NCBI GenBank assembly: GCA_049322915.1
Contig: JBMOPW010000026.1
Location: 128,001 to 192,000 of the forward strand
Length of the DNA: 64,000 nucleotides
Source: Candidatus Zhuqueibacterota bacterium
Lineage (GTDB): Bacteria > Zhuqueibacterota > Zhuqueibacteria > Thermofontimicrobiales > Thermofontimicrobiaceae
Direction: 5' to 3'
Positions 1 through 9,513 of this stretch are shown here, in pieces (positions within the stretch are counted from its first letter, which is position 1; the number at the start of each line of letters is the position of its first letter). Under the pieces are notes generated by a model. The model did no database searches and had not been told where the DNA came from. It was given only the letters and a program-made list of their open reading frames with translations. The position numbers and the translations under genes are program-made.

Positions 1-52
1 TCTCACTTTTTTTAATAGAAAAATTTCAGTCGATCTGCGAGCCTCGAAACGA

Positions 53-79
53 AAAAGCCCCGGTGTTGCCGGGGCTTTT
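53..79. terminator. Intrinsic terminator downstream of phytase (bidirectional shape)
   Basis: AAAAGCCCCGG-tgttg-CCGGGGCTTTT perfect hairpin with A/T tails, about 30 nt past the phytase stop. Confidence 0.85.
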
Positions 80-111
80 GTGTGATGAAAATGAGCAGCG
101 CGTGCAAGAAC

Positions 112-1194
112 TCATTTCGCTCCGTTGACGGCGATGGTCAGATCCTCTCCGGCAATGTCTTTCCACGAATAGAACTGGAATGTCTTATTATCGGACATGG
201 CCACGAAAAGCCCCTGGGGGAAATTGGCATTGAGCGCGACATTGGTCACATCGGAGCCGTCGCTCTCGTTGGTGGCCACAGCAACAACCTTGATCAGGAG
301 ATGGTTGTGCGGATTCCCCGCCTCGCCTTCGCGCGAATAGATCCGAAATTGATTGGCCTTTTGATCCGAGACCAGAATGTAGCCAGTCCCGTCGTTGATT
401 GTGTAAATGGAGATGCCTTCATTGTCTTCGGCGAACTGCCCGGTTCCGAATAACGCCAATTCAACGCCAGCGTCGGCGGCGTCCGGGTCGGCGTGATATT
501 TTCGAATGCCAACGGTCTCGTCGCAGTAATAGACAAAGCCCGGCGCATCGTCGACGGCGATGGCTTCGATTTCCTGGCGGCCGCTGTAGACGCCGAACTC
601 GCGGACTTTGGTGGCTTTCACATGGCCGGCGCCGTCATCTTCCAGCCGATATTGCCACAGATACCGTCCATCGGTTGGGCCGTTTTTGCGTCCGACTACC
701 GCGAAAATCGCGCCATCAGCAGAACGCTTGTACAGCGCAATTCCCATGGGAGCGCGCAGTTCCTCCCCTTCGAACACCGGAATTCCGCCCTGATCCAGCG
801 GCTGCATATCCGGCAGGCTGAACACCCGAATTCGGTTTTCCAGCCGCTCCGTGGTCACGGCAATATCCGTGGCTTTTCCGGCGAGCAGCAGTCCGTACTC
901 AATGTCCACATTGTTGGGACGCTTCAGGTTGCGCACGGTTTTTTCTTCGATCACTTTGCCGTTCAAATCGAATACGTACAGCGCGCCATCGGCCTCTTTA
1001 TCTGTGCCAATGACCAGGCTTTGCGCCGGGTCGTCCGGGTTGATCCAGATGGCGGGATCGTCGGTATCGTATTTCACAGGCTCAGTGATGATGACCGGCT
1101 GGATGACGGTCAATGCCGGTTTCGAGCACGTCAACGGAATGATACCTATCAGCGCTATCGCGACGAGGAATACGGGAAAAATCTTTTTCTTCAT
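112..1194 (-). CDS. phy: Beta-propeller 3-phytase, exported (possible lipoprotein)
   Basis: DTDDPAIW, IGTDK, NNVD, EAIAVDD, DNEGISIY, LVSDQ, SDGSDV and GLFVAM motifs; signal peptide from MKKKIF (ATG 1194). Confidence 0.93.
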   Translation of the reverse strand: MKKKIFPVFLVAIALIGIIPLTCSKPALTVIQPVIITEPVKYDTDDPAIWINPDDPAQSLVIGTDKEADGALYVFDLNGKVIEEKTVRNLKRPNNVDIEYGLLLAGKATDIAVTTERLENRIRVFSLPDMQPLDQGGIPVFEGEELRAPMGIALYKRSADGAIFAVVGRKNGPTDGRYLWQYRLEDDGAGHVKATKVREFGVYSGRQEIEAIAVDDAPGFVYYCDETVGIRKYHADPDAADAGVELALFGTGQFAEDNEGISIYTINDGTGYILVSDQKANQFRIYSREGEAGNPHNHLLIKVVAVATNESDGSDVTNVALNANFPQGLFVAMSDNKTFQFYSWKDIAGEDLTIAVNGAK

Positions 1195-1306
1195 AAATGG
1201 AATCATTACATTAGCCCTCTTTCATTTAGCCTCTTTTCTAAAACTGAAGAAGCGCCGGTGCCACGAACTTCGGTCGCATCGGCGCTTCAGCTTCCCTCTG
1301 AATTTT

Positions 1307-4099
1307 CTACAGCGAATACTTCAAACCAGCATGCATCCACCAGGAATAAAACTCGCGTTGAATCGGCCGCGTTGTTTCGCCAATGTAGTAACGAAGCGGT
1401 TCATCGCTAAGATTGATCGCCTGGAAGTAGATTTGCAGGTTGGATGTGATATTCTGGGTGGCGGTAATATCGAACTGCAAATGGTTGTCATAATAGACAT
1501 CGTGGTCTTCGTCCTCACCGATTTCGGCGATGAATTTGCCGTGGTAGTTCAGACCAATACGACCGGTGAATCCAAATTTTTCGTAGCTGATGGCAAAATT
1601 CGCCACGTCGCCTGATTGTCCCGGCAGGGTCGTATCTTCCCGTTCGGGCAGGTCAGCGGTGGACTTGGTGTAGGTGTAATTGGCGTAAATACCAAAGCCA
1701 TTCCAGAATCCCGGCAAGAAGGTGAATTGCTGCTGCCAGTTGACTTCAAAGCCATACAGGGTCGCTTTATTTCCCTGAACCGGCTGGGTCACTTCGTAGC
1801 CGTCGTAAATTCCGCCGGCCTGTTCGAAGGAATGCTCATAGATTATTTTATCCAGCGATTTGTAGAAGGCTCCGCCGGAGATGATACCGATACCCTGAAA
1901 ATAATGTTCGCCCATCAAATCGACATTATAGGACGTGGTCGGTTCCAAATCCGGGTTGCCCAGGGTCATTTCTTCATCTTCGCGCAATACGAATTTGTAG
2001 GGGACCAGGTCGTAGTAATTGGGACGAGCGAGCGTCCGTGTGAACGCGGCTCGGATATTGGTGGCCGGCGTGAGCTGATAGCGCAGATGAAGCATCGGCA
2101 GCAGATGCTGCATCCATTTGTCCTGCTTCACTTCTGTGGTGCTTTCGTAATCGCCGTCCTCGTTGATTTGAACATCATTCCCGGTATAATCCAGTTTCAG
2201 CAGTTCATGGCGCAGCCCGGCCAGAATCATCAGCCTGTCCATGTTCACCGTGGTCATTCCGTAATAGGCGTAGAGATTTTCATTGGCTGTGTAGTTGGCG
2301 GCGTCGGTATCCTCGCGATTGACGTCACCCTCTAAGGCGCCATCCACATCTCTGTTGGCTTCGAAGAAGTCGCGCATTTTGTCCGGATCCAAACGATGGC
2401 CTAAATCATAATTACCCTCCAGGAAGTTGTCAGGAGAAGCGTCACCCTGGAATTGGCTCATCAGGATGTCATCGTCGCCTTCCCAGCCGTATTCCCACAC
2501 ATGATCGTCCTGCTTTTTGCTCTTCATGCGAAGTTTGGCGCCCACTTTCAGATCCGAAGTATAGCCGGACAGCAGATACGGATACTTGACATTGAAGGCG
2601 GCTGTGAAATCGTGGTCTGTGGTTTTGGTCTCTGAATAGGCGATGCCATCGAGTTTGTAATGCGAGGCATCCAATTCATAACCGCTGGCTAGGTTCGGCA
2701 CTGTGAATTTTGGCAGATCGGTATTGGATAGATTGAGAATCATATCCGCGTCTTCGTCCAGTTCAAAAGCGGACTCCAACAGGTCTGGCTTTTCTTCGTC
2801 CGCAAAGCTGTAGGACAGGGTATAGTCAAGGCTGAAGGCGTTAAAATCGTGTTTCCCGCCGCCGGCCACATTATAAAGCGATTGAATTTCCGTGCGGTCT
2901 TTTAACTCACGGTCGATAACCGCTTCGGAGATGTCGGTAGCGCTGGTGTATTCGCCTTTTTCCGGTCGAATTCTCAGGCGGTTCCTTCGTTCCAGATCGG
3001 TCCGTTTGTTGAACATACCGCGCAGGAACATCAGGTTGTTGTCGTTGAACTTGTAATCCAGGCTGGTAGTAATGCCATAGCGATCCCGTTTCACATCGTA
3101 GTCGCGCAATTCCATATTCTTCAACGCCCAGGGAATTTCAGTGCCAGCGGCGTCGTCCACGCTGCCCCATTCCATCTCGTTATTCTGGGAGCCGCGATTG
3201 CTTTGATAAAAACTGCCGCTGATGGTGAGGCCGATATTCTGGTTTTCACCAAACCGATTGGCATAGGTCAATCCGGCCTGGTACAGCGGTTTGCCCATTA
3301 AATCGCCGTATCCGCCGCCAGCGGTGAAATTGAAATAGCGGCCCTGATAATCGAACGCGCTCTTGGTGACAAGATTGACCGATCCGCCGATGGCGTCAGC
3401 GTCCATATCCGGGGTGAGGGCTTTTGTCACTTCAATGGAAGACAATTCTTCCGCAGAGATAATGTCCATGGGCACATGGCGTTCGCCGCCGTCCGGGGAG
3501 GGCAATCGCTCGCCATTGATCGTCATGGAATTGAGTCGGGCTTCGGTACCGCGTACTAAAACGTAGCGTCCTTCTCCCTGGTCGCGCTCGATGGAAACCG
3601 CCGGAATGCGCTGCAACACTTCTGCCGTGTTCAGATCCGGGAAGCGCAGCATTTGCTCTTCGGCAACCACGTTCTTGATAGTGGTGGACATTCGCTGCTG
3701 GCTCAATGCTTTCACCTGTCCCTGGCGCTCGCCCTGGACAACGATCGCTTCCATTTCAATGTAGCTTGCTTTCAATTCGATGTCGACCTTGACTGCGCCG
3801 CCATCGGTCACATTGACCTGAGTGGTGAATGGCTCGTAACCCATGTAGCTGCACACAAGTTCGTAGGCGCCTGGCTCAATGTGGTCAATGCGGAACGTTC
3901 CAACCCGGTCGCTGGCAGCGCCCAAATTCGTCCCTTTTAAAACGATGTTGGCGCCGGGCAGGTTGTCTTTGCTCTTGGAATCGACGACATGACCGGTAAT
4001 TTTTCCCTTGGTCTGGCTGAATCCGGCTACTGAAAATCCCATGAGTATCACGGAAATACAAAGCATAACCGTGAATGCTTTTTGAAAATTAGATCTCAT
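1307..4099 (-). CDS. TonB-dependent receptor (phytase-associated type)
   Basis: Signal peptide, CarboxypepD-like N-domain, plug motifs (DQGEGRYVLVRG, IEVTKALTPDMDADAIGGSVNL), GNPDLEP, C-terminal beta-strand GLKYSL. Confidence 0.93.
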   Translation of the reverse strand: MRSNFQKAFTVMLCISVILMGFSVAGFSQTKGKITGHVVDSKSKDNLPGANIVLKGTNLGAASDRVGTFRIDHIEPGAYELVCSYMGYEPFTTQVNVTDGGAVKVDIELKASYIEMEAIVVQGERQGQVKALSQQRMSTTIKNVVAEEQMLRFPDLNTAEVLQRIPAVSIERDQGEGRYVLVRGTEARLNSMTINGERLPSPDGGERHVPMDIISAEELSSIEVTKALTPDMDADAIGGSVNLVTKSAFDYQGRYFNFTAGGGYGDLMGKPLYQAGLTYANRFGENQNIGLTISGSFYQSNRGSQNNEMEWGSVDDAAGTEIPWALKNMELRDYDVKRDRYGITTSLDYKFNDNNLMFLRGMFNKRTDLERRNRLRIRPEKGEYTSATDISEAVIDRELKDRTEIQSLYNVAGGGKHDFNAFSLDYTLSYSFADEEKPDLLESAFELDEDADMILNLSNTDLPKFTVPNLASGYELDASHYKLDGIAYSETKTTDHDFTAAFNVKYPYLLSGYTSDLKVGAKLRMKSKKQDDHVWEYGWEGDDDILMSQFQGDASPDNFLEGNYDLGHRLDPDKMRDFFEANRDVDGALEGDVNREDTDAANYTANENLYAYYGMTTVNMDRLMILAGLRHELLKLDYTGNDVQINEDGDYESTTEVKQDKWMQHLLPMLHLRYQLTPATNIRAAFTRTLARPNYYDLVPYKFVLREDEEMTLGNPDLEPTTSYNVDLMGEHYFQGIGIISGGAFYKSLDKIIYEHSFEQAGGIYDGYEVTQPVQGNKATLYGFEVNWQQQFTFLPGFWNGFGIYANYTYTKSTADLPEREDTTLPGQSGDVANFAISYEKFGFTGRIGLNYHGKFIAEIGEDEDHDVYYDNHLQFDITATQNITSNLQIYFQAINLSDEPLRYYIGETTRPIQREFYSWWMHAGLKYSL

Positions 4100-4724
4100 T
4101 TTTTTCTCCCTTGTTCGGTTAATTGTTTCATTTGCTCATGTGGTCTGATAGCAAACGTGATTGAAATGACTGCTGGCGAATCACCTCCTTTTCCATTTTT
4201 TAAATTAAGGTGTTCTGTGGAGAACCCGGGAATAACGGATGTGAAATCAATGCTCATAACAACGAGACTGTCTCGTGCGCTGTGTATTTCCCACCGTTCG
4301 CATCATCCCGGTAGATTTCTTCCTTCACCTTCTCGCCTTCTACATAGATTTTGAAAAAGCTGCTTTTCCGATACCCGCAATTTTCCCGGAAGGTCTGGCA
4401 GAGTCGCAATTTGTCCGTGATATAATAGCGCATATCCGCTGTGACAATGAACGAGCGCGTATTGGCTTGTTGGGCAAACGATGCTGAACCGATGATGAGC
4501 AAGGCCGGAATAACTAATGCTAACTTACAAATCCAAAATGAACGCTACGTTACATTTTTAGTCACTACCCAGGTTGGCTGGTTCAGGGTTCCGGGTTCAA
4601 GGTTAGAATCATTTCGTTTGTATATTTTGTAAATGAATATTCGTCACTATTCCGCCACCAAGGCTCAAAGGCACGAAGAAAAAGATACATCTGACCTGAA
4701 TTATTCATGAACTTGCTTAGAATT

Positions 4725-5306
4725 GTAACCGATCACAGGGGATAAAAAGTTGTATCTGTCTTTTGTGGACAGGATAACATGATGATAATGATTTACAGGA
4801 TTATTTTATCCGGTAATATCCTCACCTTTCTTTTTACTTCTACCTTATGGGGAGAAAAATTCAGCAATAAGCCTACTGGTTTGATAGTAGCTGTTAGATA
4901 ATTCACCAACTGAACTTCAAACTCCTTTACTATTTTTTCTACAGATTTCAATTCAATGATAATTAACTCGTCGACAATGATATCCGCTTTAAAATTGCCC
5001 ACAACTACTCCTTCATAATAGACCTTGATGGGTTTTTGTCTTTCGACGACAAATCCCATTTTTTTTAATTCAATGGTCAGGGCATTTTCATAAACAGACT
5101 CCAAAAAGCCAAATCCTAAAATGTTATATACTTTTTAAGCACAGCCAATAATTTTTTCAGTCAAGCTTGCCAGTTCCATTACGCTACCTCCTGTGATTTA
5201 CATGATTATGGTTTGATTAACATGATAAAGATCTAAAGTGGATTGATCCTGTCCATCCCAAATATCCTGTTATCCTGTCTATATTAACCACTCTGTGATC
5301 GGTTGC
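4725..5306. mobile_element. Non-autonomous IS66-like element carrying a GxxExxY passenger gene (layer 4)
   Basis: TIRs GTAACCGATCACAG / rc GCAACCGATCACAG (13/14); duplicated target TTAGAATT/TCAGAATT belongs to the MITE. Confidence 0.85.
4793..5179 (-). pseudogene. GxxExxY family protein (PD-(D/E)XK-like) with premature TAA
   Basis: MELASLTEKIIGCA*KVYNILGFGFLESVYE...ADIIV...IIELK...QLVNYL...GLLLNF; TAA at 5135-5137. Confidence 0.9.
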
Positions 5307-5717
5307 TCAGAATTTGAGTCAACATTCAGATTTTCAACTAGCTAAAAATAAGCCATTTTGAAACTCAGTTTTTGTACGTTTATTTTAAAAGGAGCACCAT
5401 TCAGGTTAGCCAGCCTCCTTCAAAAATACTATGAAAAATGCAGGCTAAATTATCGATTCTGAAAAGCTGAACTTGGTTTAAAAAAAATTGAATCTCACAA
5501 AATAAGAATGAATAAAATGACATCTTCGTGTAACGTTGTGGCTTCGTGATTTCGTGGCATGACTACATGCCTGAATAGCGACGAAAATGCTTTTTAACCC
5601 GGAACCGGGAACCTTTAAACCTGGAACCTGAGCAGATACCATTTTTATAACTTCTCATTATGTCCTTCAATGATGTGTACGCCAGTTCTTTTCGAATTGG
5701 CGACTTTGATGAATGAA

Positions 5718-6719
5718 TTACATTTTCAACACGGATTCTAAAACGATTTTTTGAACGGCTGGCGTTCCGGCGCTGTTGATTTCCTCAATCAGCACGTCTA
5801 CGGCCCGTTGGCCCATTTCTTCACAGGGCTGGTGCATGCTGGCAAATGAAGCCGATGAAAACGGATTCACCTGCCCGGCGCCGATGAAAATGAGATCCAT
5901 GTCCTCCGGAATGCGGACGCCGGTTTCCAGCGCCGCTTTATAAGCGCCCAGCGCCACAGAGAAAGTGACCGCGAAAATGACGGACGGCCAGGGCTTATCC
6001 CGAATGATTTTCTTGAATCCCTGATAGCCGTATTCCTCGCTGAATCCCCCTTCAATGACCCACTGCGGAAAGACAGGGAGATTGTGACGGTCCAACGCAT
6101 CGCGAAAGCCATTGTACCGCTCGCGCCCGATGTTGACGTGCGGGTAGCCAGCCAGGTGGGCGATCTTTGTATGACCTAACTGAATAGCGTATTCCACGGC
6201 GCGAAAAGCGCTTTGCCTGTCATCGACCCGCACCGTGCTGAAACCGATTTCTTCAATCACGCGATCGAAAAAGACCAGCGGTGTGCCGGTTTTTTTGATG
6301 GATTCAAAAATGGTCGTATCTGTCGTCTGCTCAGAAATTGAAATGAGCAATCCGTCCACGCGCATGGATAAAAGCGTCTGGAGTTGGTGAATTTCCCGCT
6401 CCGCGTTCTCGTAGGAAATCATCAGCAGTGTTTCATAACCCTGGTTAAAAGCTGCGTCATGGATGGTTTTAATGATGGCTGGGAAAAAATACTGACCGAT
6501 CTTCGGAACGACCAGCCCGATGATCTGGGACTTTTTTGAAGACAAATTCCGGGCGATGATGTTCGGTGTATATCCCAATGTGTGGGCCAGGTCTTTGACG
6601 CGCTGTTTGGTTTCGTGAGAAATGTCCGGGTGATCTCTCAGTGCTTTGGATACTGTCACCGTGGAGACACGTAAAATTTTTGCTAAATCGCTCAGTGTGA
6701 TTTGAGGCGGTTTTTGCAT
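5718..6719 (-). CDS. LacI family transcriptional regulator
   Basis: TLSDLAKILRVSTVTVSKAL HTH, LGYTPN..ARNL hinge, periplasmic-binding-fold core. Confidence 0.95.
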   Translation of the reverse strand: MQKPPQITLSDLAKILRVSTVTVSKALRDHPDISHETKQRVKDLAHTLGYTPNIIARNLSSKKSQIIGLVVPKIGQYFFPAIIKTIHDAAFNQGYETLLMISYENAEREIHQLQTLLSMRVDGLLISISEQTTDTTIFESIKKTGTPLVFFDRVIEEIGFSTVRVDDRQSAFRAVEYAIQLGHTKIAHLAGYPHVNIGRERYNGFRDALDRHNLPVFPQWVIEGGFSEEYGYQGFKKIIRDKPWPSVIFAVTFSVALGAYKAALETGVRIPEDMDLIFIGAGQVNPFSSASFASMHQPCEEMGQRAVDVLIEEINSAGTPAVQKIVLESVLKM

Positions 6720-6801
6720 TCGGTCTTTGTTTGGGATAAAAGGTGATGCAGGCGGTGCATCATCACGGGAGGTCCAATCAATCCTGCAAATTCAGGTTTT
6801 G

Positions 6802-6865
6802 ACTTAACCGATAACTTTATCGATTAAGTTGTCTGCAAAATAAAAAATTTTAAGTCAAATGTCAA
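6802..6865 (-). promoter_or_regulatory. Putative sigma70 promoter and LacI-type palindromic operator for lacI
   Basis: Minus-strand TTGACA-17nt-TATTTT (6865-6837) followed by the 28-bp imperfect palindrome ACTTAACCGATAACTTTATCGATTAAGT (6802-6829). Confidence 0.6.
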
Positions 6866-7068
6866 GAACAATTTTTCGTCCCCCTCAGACTGAAGGATGC
6901 GTTGCGGCTGCTGGCGCGAATCGGTTCGGGAAGGAGCATTCCGCCGGACTGCGCCCGGGAGCGAATCGTTGTTTTGGGCCGACGCAATGCAGTATCGCGA
7001 AAAAGTTGTTTGCAGAAAAAGCGACTGCCTCGGCATTTTTCGTGGGTTGGTACCAGCGGGTTGGCCGG

Positions 7069-7953
7069 TCAGGAATATTTCTGTTCGATGAGGCGCTGGA
7101 CATCGGCGACTGTCCGCAGGATGGGACCTTCGGCTTCCATTTTGAGACTGGTGACGGCAGCAGCCCAGATAGTCGCGGCGTCCGGAGAATCGGTCAATCG
7201 TTTCGCAACATAGGCGGAGACGCAGGTATCGCCGCGGCCGCTGCGGCCGATCAATTTCTCCGGGAAAAACCTGGCCTCGAAATGATGCCCGTCGGTGCGA
7301 ACCAGCACGCCATTCTGATGCGTCAGCACGATTTCCTTTGGCCCGAGCGCAGCTAATTTTTTTGCCGCTTTTTTGATATCCCGTTCTCCTGTGAGCATTT
7401 CTGCCTCGACGGCGTCTGTTTTTAAAATATCAATCAGGGGCAAATACGTGACTTTTTCTTCCCAGGAATCGTAGTACAACCGCGTATCTGCGCCGATCAT
7501 CCGAACGAATCCCTGCACATCGGCGACGATGAGCGCCTGCTTCTGTTTCAGCGTTTGGACCACGTCGAAACCTACCTCGCCGCGGGTGGAGGCATTGATG
7601 AGAAAAGCGCGGGCGTGGATATGATTCACTTCTTCGGGCGTGAACTGGCCGGCAGTCTGGGTGACAAATATTTTTCGTTCATCCACATTATCGGTGGGAT
7701 ATTCCAGTCTCAGGAACGTCGATTGCGGCGTGACAGTGACGAACACCGTCACTCCCAATTTTTCCAGCCTGTCCACCACGTGCGAATCCTGGCACGCCAG
7801 TCGGGTGATAGCCGCGACATTCAGGCCCATCATCGCTGCGACATGAGCCCCGTAATTGAAACCACCACCATCGACAATGCGCGTTCCGGTTGAAGAAATG
7901 ATGGTGTCTTTGGTGTAGTTGCCCATGATGGCAATATCGAAAATTTTATCCAT
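7069..7953 (-). CDS. PfkB/ribokinase family kinase, myo-inositol kinase-like
   Basis: GNYTKD, DGGGFNY, DVQGFVR, and anion-hole variant GRSGRGDT. Confidence 0.85.
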   Translation of the reverse strand: MDKIFDIAIMGNYTKDTIISSTGTRIVDGGGFNYGAHVAAMMGLNVAAITRLACQDSHVVDRLEKLGVTVFVTVTPQSTFLRLEYPTDNVDERKIFVTQTAGQFTPEEVNHIHARAFLINASTRGEVGFDVVQTLKQKQALIVADVQGFVRMIGADTRLYYDSWEEKVTYLPLIDILKTDAVEAEMLTGERDIKKAAKKLAALGPKEIVLTHQNGVLVRTDGHHFEARFFPEKLIGRSGRGDTCVSAYVAKRLTDSPDAATIWAAAVTSLKMEAEGPILRTVADVQRLIEQKYS

Positions 7954-8172
7954 AGTCTTTACCGATCCTTTTTATGTCAAATATCAAACTGCGACCTGGC
8001 CATGTATCAGCGGGAGCGATGGCGACCCTGCGCTGAGCTGTTCGCGACAACGCTCCCGAATTCTATTTGGCCAGGGGAGTAACAATTCCCGGCTTCCAAT
8101 CCGGCGATTCTCCGATGATTGAAACATTGTTCCGGAGTTCCCATGAGCCCAGGCCTGTGCCGATGAACTCAG

Positions 8173-9513
8173 TTAATCCCGCGGCTGTACTTTCCACAGG
8201 GAGGCGGCTAAAATCAGCGAGATGACCGATGCGCCGATCCAGAACAGGATGACCTGGCTGAAATCGTAGTGCCGAACGTTTTCAACCAATGTGGTGCCTT
8301 GTTCGATCAATGAGCCGCTTATTCGCTCCTGCACAGCAGCGCCGAGGTAGCTGAACACGCCGATGAAGCCCATGGTTGCGCCGGAGGCTCGTTTGGGCGC
8401 AATATCAATGGCGAAGAGTCCGCCGATGGCAGCCAAAATTCCGCTCAGCGTGAAACCGTACACTACAAAGGCGATGGTGAGCATCAGCGGATGTCCCGGC
8501 GGATAGAAGAAAATGAACAGCAGCGAGATGATTTCGACTATGCCGAAGATGAAAGTGACCGGCGGCCGTTTTGCCCTGAAAAGGTTGTCGGAGATAAATC
8601 CATAGGCCACACAGCCCAACAGACCGGCGATGGTATTGAGGCCGATGATCGCGCCGGCTTCTATCTGGGAATAGCCTTTGGCTTCCTGCAGATAGAGCAT
8701 GCCCCAGCTATTGATCGCGTAACGGGTCATGTACATGGTTGCGCTGGAAATACCGAGAATCCAGATAGCGGGCATTTTCAAAATGGAGAACTGCATCGCT
8801 CCGGTCTTTCCCTTCGAAGCGGTTGAAATGCCGTGGTCGTTTTTCCAGTCGGCGATGGAGGGCAGCCCTAATGTCTGCGGTCGATCTTGTAATAGAAAAT
8901 AGACGCCGACAGCGACGAAAAGACAGAGCGCGCCCGGTCCCCAGAATCCATAGCGCCAGCCGAACCATTGCACCAGCGCCGCCGAGGCGAAAAATGTGAG
9001 ACCCTCGCCCATGGAATGGGCGGTGCTCCAGATACCATAATAGCGGCCCCGCTCGCGATTGCTGAACCAGGTGGCAAGCGCTACGGCGCCGGTAGGCGCG
9101 CCGAATCCCTGAAACCAGCCATTCAATCCCCACAGGATAATCCACAGGAGCAGGACAGGGGACCAGCCCATGGCGATATTGATGAGCGCGGTCACCACAA
9201 TGCCCGTGGTGAAGAATCGTTTCAGGTTCGCGTAGTCGGCTAAGAAGCCGTTGGTCAATTTTCCAAAAGCATAGCCGTAGAATATGGCCGAGCCAATCAA
9301 GCCCAATTGATCGGCTGTGAAAATACCGCTGTCAATCAGTGGTTTTTTAACAACCGAAAGCCCCAAACGACAGGTGTACACGAATCCATAGCCGAGAGTC
9401 ACGGCTAGCATCACCATGAGGCGGTATTTCTTGTAGAGCGAATCGACTTTTTGCCGATCCGGCAGTAGAGGAATATCCTGTCCGGTTGCCCAGAAGCGAA
9501 CGAATTTCATCAT
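8173..9513 (-). CDS. MFS organophosphate:Pi antiporter (GlpT/UhpT family)
   Basis: GYGFVYTCR, LNGWFQGFG, WFSNRERG..YGIWSTAH, DRPQTLGLP; about 12 TM segments. Confidence 0.9.
   Translation of the reverse strand: MMKFVRFWATGQDIPLLPDRQKVDSLYKKYRLMVMLAVTLGYGFVYTCRLGLSVVKKPLIDSGIFTADQLGLIGSAIFYGYAFGKLTNGFLADYANLKRFFTTGIVVTALINIAMGWSPVLLLWIILWGLNGWFQGFGAPTGAVALATWFSNRERGRYYGIWSTAHSMGEGLTFFASAALVQWFGWRYGFWGPGALCLFVAVGVYFLLQDRPQTLGLPSIADWKNDHGISTASKGKTGAMQFSILKMPAIWILGISSATMYMTRYAINSWGMLYLQEAKGYSQIEAGAIIGLNTIAGLLGCVAYGFISDNLFRAKRPPVTFIFGIVEIISLLFIFFYPPGHPLMLTIAFVVYGFTLSGILAAIGGLFAIDIAPKRASGATMGFIGVFSYLGAAVQERISGSLIEQGTTLVENVRHYDFSQVILFWIGASVISLILAASLWKVQPRD

Larger units (their letters stand above)
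4695..5444 (+). mobile_element. 161-bp MITE copy 1, split by insertion (layer 3)
   Basis: 4695-4724 plus 5315-5444 reassemble the same element seen intact at 10742, 20639, 36124 and 36830; flanks CTGA/CTAA. Confidence 0.9.
4643..5582. mobile_element. Second nested non-autonomous element (layer 2)
   Basis: TIRs GTCACTATTC / rc GTCGCTATTC; flanks GAATATTC / GAAAATGC (6/8); inverted CACGAAG/CTTCGTG repeats inside. Confidence 0.55.
4561..5639. mobile_element. Outer non-autonomous element with IS66-like ends (layer 1 of nested insertion)
   Basis: Imperfect TIRs GTCACTACCCAGGTT / rc GTATCTGCTCAGGTT; perfect 8-bp direct repeat CATTTTTA at 4553-4560 and 5640-5647; inverted GGTTCAG/GGAACC-type short repeats inside both ends. 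Confidence 0.75.
4254..5658 (-). pseudogene. Remnant of an exported metallophosphoesterase-like gene, split by a nested insertion
   Basis: Removing 4561-5639 plus one TSD copy joins GAAGGA-ATG(5658) in frame to a signal peptide and SFIVTADMR; one in-frame TAG; far too short for a full enzyme. Confidence 0.5.
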
